Part shown: in pieces, positions 50,821 through 60,377 of the stretch
Numbering within the stretch: the stretch's first letter is position 1
Layout of the letters: each line of letters opens with the position of its first letter
Virus record (IMG/VR): IMGVR_UViG_3300005253_000098
Location: 26,527 to 90,526 of that record
Length of the DNA: 64,000 nucleotides
Source of the DNA: a virus
Reading direction: 5' to 3' (one strand)
The notes under the pieces: model-generated
Databases searched by the model: none
Seen by the model: the letters and a program-made list of their open reading frames with translations, nothing else
Told to the model about the DNA's origin: nothing
Position numbers and translations under genes: made by a program

Positions 50821-51357
50821 ATGTCCGAAGAACCAACATCCTCAGATGCCAAAGGCACTGAGATTATAATCGATGTCGAGCCCAGAAACAAAGAGTTTCG
50901 CGTCGAAGTAATGCCCGAGACTACCGTTGAGGAAGTTATCGCCACTCTGATTCGCAGATGTGAAGACGAAGGTATTAACGTGTCCGACTGGGGACGCTCA
51001 AAAGTAGGTTCAAGCAACGTGTCTTTTACAATGTTACGTAAAAGCACTGGGAATACTGCGTTAGCACCTAACGTGACTTTTGGTGAACTCTTTCCAGAAA
51101 TGGAAGATCGCGAGACGTTCCGCTTAGATGCAAGAGCACAGGTAGGCGAAGCTCGAACATACGCCGAAAATACTCAGCGAGCATTTGAGTTCGACGAGCT
51201 ACAAAACATTCGAGCAACTGCTGACTATAATGCTCAGACACTACTTGATTCTCCGCCCGAGACGATAGATCAGCACTGGATTCCAGCCTACAGACTGCTT
51301 CAACATGCTGCTAACAATCTTCTCATGCTAAAGATTAGACTTCAGGAAACTGAGTAG
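50821..51357 (+). CDS. Ubiquitin-like (beta-grasp) domain ending ...ARAQVG, fused to a C-terminal helical extension
   Basis: IIIDVEP..KEFRVEV.PETTVEEVI..L, F..L, L....TFGEL, ETFRL..AQVG pattern; own TATA-like promoter. Confidence 0.65.
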   Translation: MSEEPTSSDAKGTEIIIDVEPRNKEFRVEVMPETTVEEVIATLIRRCEDEGINVSDWGRSKVGSSNVSFTMLRKSTGNTALAPNVTFGELFPEMEDRETFRLDARAQVGEARTYAENTQRAFEFDELQNIRATADYNAQTLLDSPPETIDQHWIPAYRLLQHAANNLLMLKIRLQETE

Positions 51358-51369
51358 GAGGAGAGCCCT

Positions 51370-51711
51370 ATGGTTCTCCGAGCTGTAGCCGTCTACTGGT
51401 ATACGAATCGGGATGCATTACTGCGTCCCCTTTCCGTTGTCCTGGATGCCAGCAGAATTTTAAACCTCTTACCTCCGTCCGAGAAAGAACGAGAGGCTCT
51501 AATTAATCAAGAAATTGGAGTGCAAGACTATTTCGCCGAGTGCATTAAAGCTGTTGTCTTAAACTTTTCGACACCCGATTTCGACCCAAAACGAGACCAC
51601 GATACACACTTCCTCATGCGAATGCGAGATAAGTATGAACGAGCAACCTCACCACAGGAGAAGATAGAAATTGGTAGCGTTAGCCAACTGGAAAATAAAG
51701 AACACGACTGA
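51370..51711 (+). CDS. Hypothetical protein
   Basis: AGGAGG RBS; follows the Ubl gene. Confidence 0.65.
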   Translation: MVLRAVAVYWYTNRDALLRPLSVVLDASRILNLLPPSEKEREALINQEIGVQDYFAECIKAVVLNFSTPDFDPKRDHDTHFLMRMRDKYERATSPQEKIEIGSVSQLENKEHD

Positions 51712-51834
51712 TAGATATAATGTTTTCTGTTTCTATTGCGGAATAGTTAAAGATGTCAATCAAGAAGAATGGGAAGAACATGTTTGGGATAAACATCTCA
51801 AGTTACTTGCTCCAATACCTGATTAAGTGATTTT

Positions 51835-53085
51835 ATGATTTGCGGTGCTCACAAGGGCGTTTTTACAGGCGAGGCTCATCCATTCCAACTCGAGGGTAAA
51901 CCTGTCATTCTGTGCACTGAATGTTTCGAGGGGTTTTCTCAGACCAACCAGGATGAGCTTATTCGAGTCAATGAGGAATCTGAACGTCTGAGGGATGCAG
52001 GAGAATATACTACTGGTCGTGTAGGTCGAGACCGTCGTCGAACTACTGAACAAATTGAGGCTCAAGATGATCGTAATAGACAACGTGGTGAACGTCGCAG
52101 ACTCAGAGCTATGGAACGTGCTGAGCAAGACGAAGATGATCGTATCAGGGAAACACAAGTTGGTCGTGTTGCTCCAAACCGAGAACAACTGGAAGACCCT
52201 CTTCCACAAGAATATACACGTAGCCATCGTTCGTGGTCAAGCGAGCCCTATACACGACCCAATCAACCTCCTGTTCCTTTCGTTGATACTGAAGTTACTG
52301 ATACTGAACGAGCCGAACAATTAGCCAGACAAACTATTTTCGCTCTTACAACTGGTGGTATACCAGCAGACTTTCCATTAGTTCCTGTGGGTAGTAATCA
52401 ACCCGATCATCGTATTCAACTTGCTCCTGTAGCTGGTTCAACCGATAGACGAGTCGCCAATCATATGATCAGAATTAAAGCTATTCTTCGAGAGGAAGAG
52501 ATAATTCCAGACTATCCACCTTTCTTTGCTACACAAACCCCTCAATTTATTGAGGATTTCTTCGATACCATTTATCCAGGATTGACAGAGGCTGGTCACG
52601 ATGAGAGAATGCGTCGTTTCAGGTCTCTTATCGATCATCCAAACAAGGACAATCCAGAATTTTTCAAAACTTATCTTGAGAATCATATCAACGACGCTGA
52701 GAGAACTATACGACCGCCAGTCTACAGCAAAATTCATATGTTTGCTAATGGTCCTCATGGAGAATTAGCTGCTCCCAATCTAATATTCGATAAAGCCTCC
52801 TATCTCCAGATTGATCCAGGTAACAGATTACGCTTTATAACTTATGATACTGATAATATGGAGCTTATGAGACTATTTTACCGGGATATAAATTTTGGTC
52901 GTTCTTATATAATCAAAACTTTTTCTCCTACTGTGCACGGACATCACACCTCCTGGTATCAATACGATGATTATGTTATCGATGACGGTATTTGGTTAAC
53001 CGATAGTAATGGTGTTGATGTTATCGGCTTAATGATTTTATTTAATGCCCCTACCACTACCATCCCGGAGGCTTTAATAGTATGA
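51835..53085 (+). CDS. Hypothetical protein with N-terminal Zn finger and Arg/Glu-rich region
   Basis: C..H...LCTEC. Confidence 0.75.
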   Translation: MICGAHKGVFTGEAHPFQLEGKPVILCTECFEGFSQTNQDELIRVNEESERLRDAGEYTTGRVGRDRRRTTEQIEAQDDRNRQRGERRRLRAMERAEQDEDDRIRETQVGRVAPNREQLEDPLPQEYTRSHRSWSSEPYTRPNQPPVPFVDTEVTDTERAEQLARQTIFALTTGGIPADFPLVPVGSNQPDHRIQLAPVAGSTDRRVANHMIRIKAILREEEIIPDYPPFFATQTPQFIEDFFDTIYPGLTEAGHDERMRRFRSLIDHPNKDNPEFFKTYLENHINDAERTIRPPVYSKIHMFANGPHGELAAPNLIFDKASYLQIDPGNRLRFITYDTDNMELMRLFYRDINFGRSYIIKTFSPTVHGHHTSWYQYDDYVIDDGIWLTDSNGVDVIGLMILFNAPTTTIPEALIV

Positions 53086-53948
53086 GAATCCTATCCACAA
53101 GTTTCCAAGCTTCCAAATGTAAAGGCTGTAGAGCATGGCTCACTAATAACTACGAGTTCATAGATAATATGCACTTGAAGTGTATTCGAGAAATGAGTCT
53201 CATGCGTATCTATCTGCCCAGTATGACCAGAGACGGTCTGCAGCTTAACGAAAACAGTTTCATCTCCATCGAGGACATCAAGAAATCCGGTAAAACCAAT
53301 TATTTATATGGTTATGGACCGGCATTCCATATCCAAGATGAAGTATGGAGAGTGTGGCAAGATTGGTTAAGAGAAGCTCGTGAAGCTCAGGAACGTCGCG
53401 AAGAGCTACAATCCCGGGAAAATTTCGCTAATTTGCATTACGAGATCCTGTTAGAGGAGTTAGGTCTCGGCGCTTCCGATTGGGTGGGTCGAGTTTCTCA
53501 CGGACATGATTTTCTCACCGGTAGGACAATAATAGGAGGAGATACGGATTCTATCTATGTGATTCAAGGAGCTCGAACTCAGACTGATCTCTGGGATCAG
53601 GAAATCATGAGACGTAACTATCTTGATCTCTACTACAGACACACTGCTTCTCCCCAAGCAGTCTTGCAAGTCACCGGTAGCGTAGAATTTATTAATGCTA
53701 TTGATTATTCAACTCAATATCCAAATTCTTCTATTATCAGATCAGTATCAGCATCTGTTAAGCCGGCTAAGAAGAAGAAACGATCCCATCGTTCCAAGAT
53801 AACCACACGAGACAATCAATTAACCAAACTACTCGACATCAGACCCCTCACCAAAGAGGACAAGGTTCCATTCAATAAACTCTTTGCTACTCGCTTTAAA
53901 CCAATCAAATCGGATAAAATGATAGGACTCATAAGTGATGTGTTTTAA
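53082..53948 (+). CDS. C2HC zinc-finger protein carrying PolB-like motif fragments
   Basis: CKGC...HLKC; IGGDTDSIYV; IDYSTQYPNS. Confidence 0.65.
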   Translation: MRILSTSFQASKCKGCRAWLTNNYEFIDNMHLKCIREMSLMRIYLPSMTRDGLQLNENSFISIEDIKKSGKTNYLYGYGPAFHIQDEVWRVWQDWLREAREAQERREELQSRENFANLHYEILLEELGLGASDWVGRVSHGHDFLTGRTIIGGDTDSIYVIQGARTQTDLWDQEIMRRNYLDLYYRHTASPQAVLQVTGSVEFINAIDYSTQYPNSSIIRSVSASVKPAKKKKRSHRSKITTRDNQLTKLLDIRPLTKEDKVPFNKLFATRFKPIKSDKMIGLISDVF

Positions 53949-54355
53949 TGAAAAAACTACAAATTTTAGGTGTTACAGTTTATGTAGCACTGATTTTACT
54001 TCTTACTATACCAATAGTAGAGGCTACTTATCCTACTGAGGATAATACCAAGGAACGTGTCCATGATAAATGGTTAGAATGTTTAGAATACAATTCTATT
54101 AAGATAGAAAATGATTGTATTGAAAATCTCTTCAAGGCAACCAGAATTGGCTTAGATATTCCTAAGACCGAAGAAGAATTCGATTATTTTTTCGTAGAAT
54201 ATCTGCATAATATTCGGAATGGATATCACTTTGGTGTATCTGTCATATTTATGTGTGCTTTAGGATTTGGGGGATTTGGAGTCTATCTACTATTAGATAA
54301 ATTGCCAAAACTTAGATTCTACGTAGAAAAGGACAATAAGGACAATAGATATTAA
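53948..54355 (+). CDS. Membrane protein
   Basis: N- and C-terminal hydrophobic helices. Confidence 0.7.
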   Translation: MKKLQILGVTVYVALILLLTIPIVEATYPTEDNTKERVHDKWLECLEYNSIKIENDCIENLFKATRIGLDIPKTEEEFDYFFVEYLHNIRNGYHFGVSVIFMCALGFGGFGVYLLLDKLPKLRFYVEKDNKDNRY

Positions 54356-54382
54356 ATGTTTAATTAAGCATGAGGCTATGTT

Positions 54383-54601
54383 ATGGATTCTGAAATTGTA
54401 GTGCAAGAATGGGATAATAGAAAATACTTAGATTTTGAATTATTAAGTTCAGAAATGAGATTATCAATTAGTGATGATATAGGAATTCATCATTGTCCTG
54501 ATCAGGATTATTTTATGGTGATATCGCCTAAACATCCTGATTCAGAGAGTTTCAATACTTATGAAGCAGCTTTAGAGTTTTTACTTAGAGATCTAACATA
54601 A
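54383..54601 (+). CDS. Hypothetical protein (FxTYxEA family)
   Basis: IGIHHC...FNTYEAAL. Confidence 0.6.
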   Translation: MDSEIVVQEWDNRKYLDFELLSSEMRLSISDDIGIHHCPDQDYFMVISPKHPDSESFNTYEAALEFLLRDLT

Positions 54602-54740
54602 ATATACAGGGTTGAATGATATGAATAAATGTCCTGATCATCGGTGTGATAAAGAATTTTTAGATGATCAGGAATACATTAAACACTTAGAAGAAGAATT
54701 GCTTAAATGGATAAGAGTAGCTGTAGCAAGAGGTTAGATT

Positions 54741-55388
54741 ATGTTCGGACTACTTCACAATCCGCAAAGAATCCTTTTGCTCAATTCGGGCTACGGACTG
54801 TCCGCCCTCGGTATCCGCACCATTCTTAAGATGCATGAATTAGATGGAACTGTAGTCGGCATAGACGACAAACCAGATGCCCAGTGGTATTTCCAGAAAA
54901 TAGATCAAATGAATACTACCCAGGGCACAAAATTCTTTTTTGTTAATAAAAGTATCCATACCCTTAATGAAGAGTTCTTTGGAGGTGTCTCCGAGAATTT
55001 CGATTTCATTTTTGCATCACCTGAGCCAGAAGAATACGATCGAGTATTCAATCTTTTACGTCATCTTTACCAACAATACGGTAATCCATGCGTGATCGAA
55101 TATAAGACCAAACCTCATTATTATGACCGTTTGCTATGTGGTTACGATTTCGACTATAGAAGAACCTATCATCGCTTCTATGAATTGATAGGATTCGAGA
55201 TCGAGGAATACGAGCACGTTTGTGAGCGACCAAAAAACAGCGATAAAGATTTAAGATTCATTATCCCTGCTTACTATCGTGACTTAAACCCTGATATCTG
55301 GAAGACAGACATTTGTCCACCCGACTTTTCTGGTTTTATTTACGAACAATTTATAAAATACACTACCCGAGAGTTTAAAGATGTTTAA
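54741..55388 (+). CDS. DNA (cytosine-5) methyltransferase-like protein, catalytic motifs degenerate
   Basis: LLLNSGYG, VVGID, FDFIFASPEP (for ASPPC), CVIEYK (for VIENV), LLCG..F...YHRFYE. Confidence 0.6.
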   Translation: MFGLLHNPQRILLLNSGYGLSALGIRTILKMHELDGTVVGIDDKPDAQWYFQKIDQMNTTQGTKFFFVNKSIHTLNEEFFGGVSENFDFIFASPEPEEYDRVFNLLRHLYQQYGNPCVIEYKTKPHYYDRLLCGYDFDYRRTYHRFYELIGFEIEEYEHVCERPKNSDKDLRFIIPAYYRDLNPDIWKTDICPPDFSGFIYEQFIKYTTREFKDV

Positions 55389-55587
55389 AATCATACAGAT
55401 TTTATATGGAGTAGCTCCATATGATAAGAATATAATATTCCCCGACACTCTTAGTGCCGAAACTCAATTAAATGATTTTGTGAACTCTAATGTTTGTAAG
55501 GAGTGTCCATATGATATCCATGCTACTCAATACTATATTCTTATTGATTATGAACCAATGGGACACACTAAGGATCATATGGAATGA
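55381..55587 (+). CDS. Hypothetical protein
   Basis: ORF track. Confidence 0.5.
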   Translation: MFKIIQILYGVAPYDKNIIFPDTLSAETQLNDFVNSNVCKECPYDIHATQYYILIDYEPMGHTKDHME

Positions 55588-55593
55588 TACATC

Positions 55594-55875
55594 ATGTCTA
55601 CTAACTTTTATTTGAGAAAATATGTTGCTAATATCATGGAAGAACTCCATTTAGGCAAACAACAGAATGATGCTGGAAAGGATAGACCTTTTCTGTGTAA
55701 TTTTCAACAGAGCACTCTTAAGACCCTAATCCGTGACGGATGGCGTATATTTGATGAGTATGATCATCCCTTTTCATGGAACCAGTTTATTGACGAGATG
55801 GATGATCAAATGCCCTTCATTTATCCCGGTTTTCCCTATGATGAGCCTCATCAGATTCTGGAGGACTGGTTTTAA
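55594..55875 (+). CDS. Conserved small phage-type protein
   Basis: MSTNFY...LHLGK...I.DEY. Confidence 0.6.
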   Translation: MSTNFYLRKYVANIMEELHLGKQQNDAGKDRPFLCNFQQSTLKTLIRDGWRIFDEYDHPFSWNQFIDEMDDQMPFIYPGFPYDEPHQILEDWF

Positions 55876-56084
55876 TGTTAGCCATGGAAGAACCCACTGA
55901 GTATCTTGAATGTGAGCAGTGTGAACGAGATGTCTGCGATGATGTTAAGGTAGTCACGGTTCATCATCAACCCGGTTCCGACGAAGACTGCAGTCTTTGC
56001 TGTTTATGCCGAGCACAAAGACCCTACTGTAACGAGTGTAAAGCTGTTTACTCAAAAGAACGATTGGATAGGTTATTACCATGA
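55875..56084 (+). CDS. Cys-rich zinc-finger protein
   Basis: Multiple CxxC. Confidence 0.6.
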   Translation: MLAMEEPTEYLECEQCERDVCDDVKVVTVHHQPGSDEDCSLCCLCRAQRPYCNECKAVYSKERLDRLLP

Positions 56085-56104
56085 TGGAGGAGTATTTTGA
56101 TTAA

Positions 56105-56461
56105 ATGCCAGTCCCGATTAAGTTAGCCAGTAGATATGATAGGGAGAAAAATGAAGACACACTCTCAGTTAAAGATCTGATGATCTGGAAGCTCATCCAG
56201 GATGAACGACGATATAACGAATTCGAGTTTTGGACACTCGACGACTTAGCCGAATGGATGAAAGCAAAGATCGTAGAACTAAACACAAAAACAGACACCT
56301 ACCACACACCACCAATCTCCCAGACACTCCGTATATGGTTAAACGAATATAAGAAAATGGGCTTTGTAACACTCTTTCAGAGTGGAGACAAGGTTATTGT
56401 TACCGCAAAATCCAGGATCAAGCGTTTATTACCATCTGGGTATCAACCGCCTGTCAGGTGA
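56105..56461 (+). CDS. Winged-HTH protein (putative)
   Basis: TLDDLAE...ISQTLRIWL..YKKMGFV. Confidence 0.55.
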   Translation: MPVPIKLASRYDREKNEDTLSVKDLMIWKLIQDERRYNEFEFWTLDDLAEWMKAKIVELNTKTDTYHTPPISQTLRIWLNEYKKMGFVTLFQSGDKVIVTAKSRIKRLLPSGYQPPVR

Positions 56462-56465
56462 AATC

Positions 56466-56912
56466 ATGAAACTAACAATACCACAACTATCAAAACTATT
56501 ATCAGATGTCTGCACTGATACTGTTCCTCAAGAGGACAAGAAATTGATACTGGATCTCTACTCCCTCGCGACAGAGATCGAGGATATTCGTTTACGCATA
56601 AGATTTGTCTACAAAATTATGGGCAGATTCAAAACTCCGCATATGATCGATCTATTAGCTATTATGACCCCTTTCATCTTCGATTGTATGGATATTCATG
56701 CTCGAACTGGATCTCTACGCTTCCGAGAGATCGATTACTTTATTATTAATGGTATTACTACCGAATCTGAAGCTGTTGGTATAGATGATTTTGTCACCAA
56801 GCAATTATCCAAGTTAAAACCTGTCCATGTCTTCAAAGAGATGTCTGGTGGACCCGTCAATGATGATGAAGACGATTGGGACGACACCGAGGATGACATT
56901 GATGCCGATTGA
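56466..56912 (+). CDS. Hypothetical protein with acidic tail
   Basis: AGGTGA RBS before ATG 56466. Confidence 0.65.
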   Translation: MKLTIPQLSKLLSDVCTDTVPQEDKKLILDLYSLATEIEDIRLRIRFVYKIMGRFKTPHMIDLLAIMTPFIFDCMDIHARTGSLRFREIDYFIINGITTESEAVGIDDFVTKQLSKLKPVHVFKEMSGGPVNDDEDDWDDTEDDIDAD

Positions 56913-57177
56913 TAAAGAAAGTGGAGTTATCTTCTGTAATCAATGCGAGAAGGACTGGACACGGGATTTAGCCGATAAAGACGGTAATATGAGTTTTGTA
57001 GAGTGCGATGACTATAATGCCGAGAATAAAGATGTTGCCTGTGATGATGGTCAGCATTTGTGTAATCTGGACTGCTGGATTGAGCATATAATCAACCGTC
57101 ATGGTATGGATCGAACATTCAAAAATATAAATATTAAAACAGGCGTTGTTTCCGAAATAAAGGTCGATTCAGGTTAG
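56902..57177 (+). CDS. Zinc-finger protein
   Basis: FCNQC...HLC...CW..H....H. Confidence 0.6.
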   Translation: MPIDKESGVIFCNQCEKDWTRDLADKDGNMSFVECDDYNAENKDVACDDGQHLCNLDCWIEHIINRHGMDRTFKNINIKTGVVSEIKVDSG

Positions 57178-57180
57178 AAA

Positions 57181-57200
57181 AAAGAGTTTATAAATAAGGA
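57181..57200 (+). promoter_or_regulatory. Archaeal-type BRE/TATA promoter
   Basis: AAAGAG-TTTATAAA upstream of the 57241 operon; similar boxes near 28333, 31977 and 50786. Confidence 0.5.
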
Positions 57201-57240
57201 AAACTGAGCTTTCCGCCGGCTCCATTCAATTTTCAAAAAA

Positions 57241-57519
57241 GTGATCAAAATGGCATCATGGGAAAAATCTAACAACTACGTGATCAACACGTTTCTAATG
57301 GAAGAACGAGATATACTCCTTCATAAAATAGGTAGCTTATCTCAAGATAGAAGAACAGCTCTCGAGAAATTCACGACCTTCCGATTAAAGGGAGAACCTA
57401 TGAAAGTTGAGATATTACACGCTCGCGCTCGTAATCTCGTTATTGAAATTAAGCAGATAGATAAAGATATCGCTGATATGCAGAAAACCAGAGAGGTAAT
57501 GAGTCTACTAATTATATAG
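57241..57519 (+). CDS. Coiled-coil hypothetical protein
   Basis: ORF track. Confidence 0.6.
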   Translation: MIKMASWEKSNNYVINTFLMEERDILLHKIGSLSQDRRTALEKFTTFRLKGEPMKVEILHARARNLVIEIKQIDKDIADMQKTREVMSLLII

Positions 57520-57527
57520 GTGTAATC

Positions 57528-58118
57528 ATGCCAAGAAGTAAGTTAAAATATGATGACATCATCAGGATCAAGAGATTTTGTGCGTCACACCCTACACGCA
57601 TCACCGTTAGTGAAATCCTCAACGATTTAATTAAATTATATCCACGATTTTATCCCACGTTACTACCTGGCACTCCGGAATATAAAATAGGCGAGCCCGA
57701 TAATTATAAGACAGCTATCCGTAAGCTCCTGAAGAAATTTGAGGTAGAGGGATACTTAAAACGACAAGAGGAGAGAGTTTATGATCCTATTGGTATATTA
57801 CAGAAAGAACGCACCAGATTCATATGGTATTTACCAGATAAAACCCCTGACATTCGGGTCACCATACCATTCGATGAGTTCAAGCTCATGGTTCGAGTGG
57901 TCTGTGAGACTGGGAAAGAACTCGACGCAATCATATTGATAGCTAACTCGAACATTCTATTGGGCAATAAAGACCTCCGAGAGTGGAAGGTCACGTTGAC
58001 CGAAGAAGTCCGAATAGTTCTCATGCAACCGGAGTATTCCGATACGTTCGAGCAAACACTTAAAAGGTTACTCGACCGCTTGGATAATATGTTCCAAGAG
58101 ATAAAGGAACTCCAATAA
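57528..58118 (+). CDS. Winged-HTH protein (putative)
   Basis: ITVSEILNDL...AIRKLLKKFEVEGYL. Confidence 0.6.
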   Translation: MPRSKLKYDDIIRIKRFCASHPTRITVSEILNDLIKLYPRFYPTLLPGTPEYKIGEPDNYKTAIRKLLKKFEVEGYLKRQEERVYDPIGILQKERTRFIWYLPDKTPDIRVTIPFDEFKLMVRVVCETGKELDAIILIANSNILLGNKDLREWKVTLTEEVRIVLMQPEYSDTFEQTLKRLLDRLDNMFQEIKELQ

Positions 58119-58130
58119 GGACCGATCGCT

Positions 58131-58724
58131 ATGCCAGTCGAAATTGAAAAAGCTTCCGAGTTTGAAATATCGGAAAAGAAAATGTTTGGTCAGCGACACT
58201 CTAAGTATCTGAAAGATGGTGATCTAATTCGTCATTTCGTAAATACGAAAGAATATTTGACGGAGAAAGATCTTGCTGAGCTGTTAGGAGTCACTGCCAA
58301 TACAGCGAAAGATCGAGCGAACCCTTTTGCGTCTGATAAGGAGATATATGTGGACATTGGCAAAGAAGTTCAGCCAGTCTCTATCCCTCGACTGTTAGCT
58401 CGTCGGCTCGATAAACCACAAGGTGATGATCAAGATCATTTTATGTTCGCGTTCATCAACCACGATCCAGCGTTCTCTGATCTTCATATACCAGAAGACG
58501 ATCCCGAGTATCCGTTCGATGAAGTGATCGATAAGATAGTTGGGTATCTAAATATGAAAAGATTGTCCCCTTCTGATGTCAGGAAATTGCAAGAAGTTCA
58601 GGAAGAAGACGACGACGATCCAATGAACGCTCCGTCAGCCGAAGAAGATACAGAACCAGAAGAGTCCGGTGAGGCTCTGCCAGCTTCTCAGAAACGAGGT
58701 GCTACCAAACCCCAAAAGAAATAA
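58131..58724 (+). CDS. HTH protein with acidic C-terminus
   Basis: LTEKDLAELLGVTANTA. Confidence 0.65.
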   Translation: MPVEIEKASEFEISEKKMFGQRHSKYLKDGDLIRHFVNTKEYLTEKDLAELLGVTANTAKDRANPFASDKEIYVDIGKEVQPVSIPRLLARRLDKPQGDDQDHFMFAFINHDPAFSDLHIPEDDPEYPFDEVIDKIVGYLNMKRLSPSDVRKLQEVQEEDDDDPMNAPSAEEDTEPEESGEALPASQKRGATKPQKK

Positions 58725-58750
58725 ATAGTCTTTGATCTCGTAGTGAAAGT

Positions 58751-58990
58751 ATGCCTTCCATTAGTGATTCCGACCGAGAGACCTTAAACTATTGGCAGAA
58801 ATTAATGTGGGTGAATAAGAGTTATTCATTCATCGAGCTGATAGATTTAACAGGTTTCAGCAATTCACATCTCCGTAGAATTGTGGGCGTCGCATGTGGG
58901 AAAGGCATTCTTTGTTCCGATGTCGATCCAGACCACCCAAAGAAAAAGTTATACCGTTTAAGCACGGTAATAATACTCAGTCATAAGTGA
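58751..58990 (+). CDS. Small winged-HTH regulator
   Basis: SFIELIDLTGFSNSHLRRIV...KGIL...KLYRL. Confidence 0.65.
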   Translation: MPSISDSDRETLNYWQKLMWVNKSYSFIELIDLTGFSNSHLRRIVGVACGKGILCSDVDPDHPKKKLYRLSTVIILSHK

Positions 58991-58996
58991 TATACT

Positions 58997-60355
58997 ATGA
59001 GTAAAAAATTAGTAACCAAAAAAGCATCTGTCTTACCAAGTAAGACGGAAGAAATGCTTTCCGAGTTCTCAATCAAGTATGAGATACCTCTCCCTAAGTT
59101 ACAGGAAGCACATAAAAAGATTATGGCTTCCATGAAAAGCAAACGTAACGTCGAGGATAGAGCGATCATCAAATTGCTTGGTCAATTGAGAGAAGGAAAG
59201 CTTGTTGATACCGAGCCAGTAAGCTTCGTCTTATTAGGCTTGACCGGACTGAACGACTCGAAAGATTTTCAAGTCAAGGAAGTAACAAAATGGGTTAAGA
59301 AAGAAGTGCCTAAAGTTGCACAGGATCTCGTGACCAAGGGTTTATTGGGTATCGGATACCCTATCTACAAATCTGCAGCTGGACCCGAAGCCACACTCAA
59401 TGTGGCGACAACAGTCTATCACCCCGACCATAAAGAGCGAGCCATCAAGGAATGTGGAGAATCTAACCTCCTATCAGTCGCAGTAGATGGCTTTGCATCC
59501 CCTGTTCTTGTGTCAGCCATCGATAAACAGGAGACTTTTGCCAAGTCAGGTTCAGAGAACCCGAACTACAATAAGCCTGTGCTCCACAACTATTCTCGTA
59601 GATATATTGGCATCGCAGTTCGCCAACGAGAAGAGCCCGATGCAGAAGGCGGTAGAAGTTTTGTCCCCTCTTTTATAACTAACTATGGGACTCAAGCCAA
59701 GGAATTTTTACCTCTACATAGACACATTGACTACGATGCTAAGGTCACAGATATAACCAATGATCAGAAAGAGGTAGAAATGTATGCTATCTCCGTTCCT
59801 GAATACAGTGAAGCCACTAAAGTATATGAGAAAGGTGAAGCTTCCGAGTATCTTGGTGAGAGTTGGCTCATTAATGACGACGATGATGTAGCAGAAATAC
59901 TATACGTTATTGATAGTTATTATGAGAACGGTAGAGTAGTTGATTACGATAAAATCCAACAGCTCTTCGCCAATCAGAAAGATTGGAAAGCCATGATCAA
60001 AGAGACCATCCCAAGGGTATTCTCTGGTGTATTTACCGTTGCAGGTAGAAGCCAGGGTGCTATCTTTGCTGATACCATAGCTGGTAGCTTGATCGACGCA
60101 GGTAAAGACCCAAAGGATCTTCGCAATGCTCCAAGGTTATCTTTCCAAACATGCTCTAACAATCCCTTAGCTCAAGAGCTAAACACGGGAGATGTTATCA
60201 AGCCGATCTTTTATTTCGATGAAGGAAATAAATACGACTTCGATCTCAGAGTTAGAACACAGGAAAGGGAACCAGTAGTCTATCTATTAGGCTGGAGCTG
60301 GGAACACAAAGCAGGTAGTGAGTCATTCATCCAAGCTGATGAGGTAAGCTCCTAA
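58997..60355 (+). CDS. Putative ssDNA-binding/replication protein (function inferred)
   Basis: 452 aa, beta-rich C-terminal part; upstream of an AAA_24-type ATPase. Confidence 0.45.
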   Translation: MSKKLVTKKASVLPSKTEEMLSEFSIKYEIPLPKLQEAHKKIMASMKSKRNVEDRAIIKLLGQLREGKLVDTEPVSFVLLGLTGLNDSKDFQVKEVTKWVKKEVPKVAQDLVTKGLLGIGYPIYKSAAGPEATLNVATTVYHPDHKERAIKECGESNLLSVAVDGFASPVLVSAIDKQETFAKSGSENPNYNKPVLHNYSRRYIGIAVRQREEPDAEGGRSFVPSFITNYGTQAKEFLPLHRHIDYDAKVTDITNDQKEVEMYAISVPEYSEATKVYEKGEASEYLGESWLINDDDDVAEILYVIDSYYENGRVVDYDKIQQLFANQKDWKAMIKETIPRVFSGVFTVAGRSQGAIFADTIAGSLIDAGKDPKDLRNAPRLSFQTCSNNPLAQELNTGDVIKPIFYFDEGNKYDFDLRVRTQEREPVVYLLGWSWEHKAGSESFIQADEVSS

Positions 60356-60377
60356 ATTTCTCGAGAGTGTGTAATGT

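Noticed and set aside
53082-53948. Functional family B DNA polymerase
   Set aside because: Too short, motifs reversed, motif B and exonuclease domain absent.
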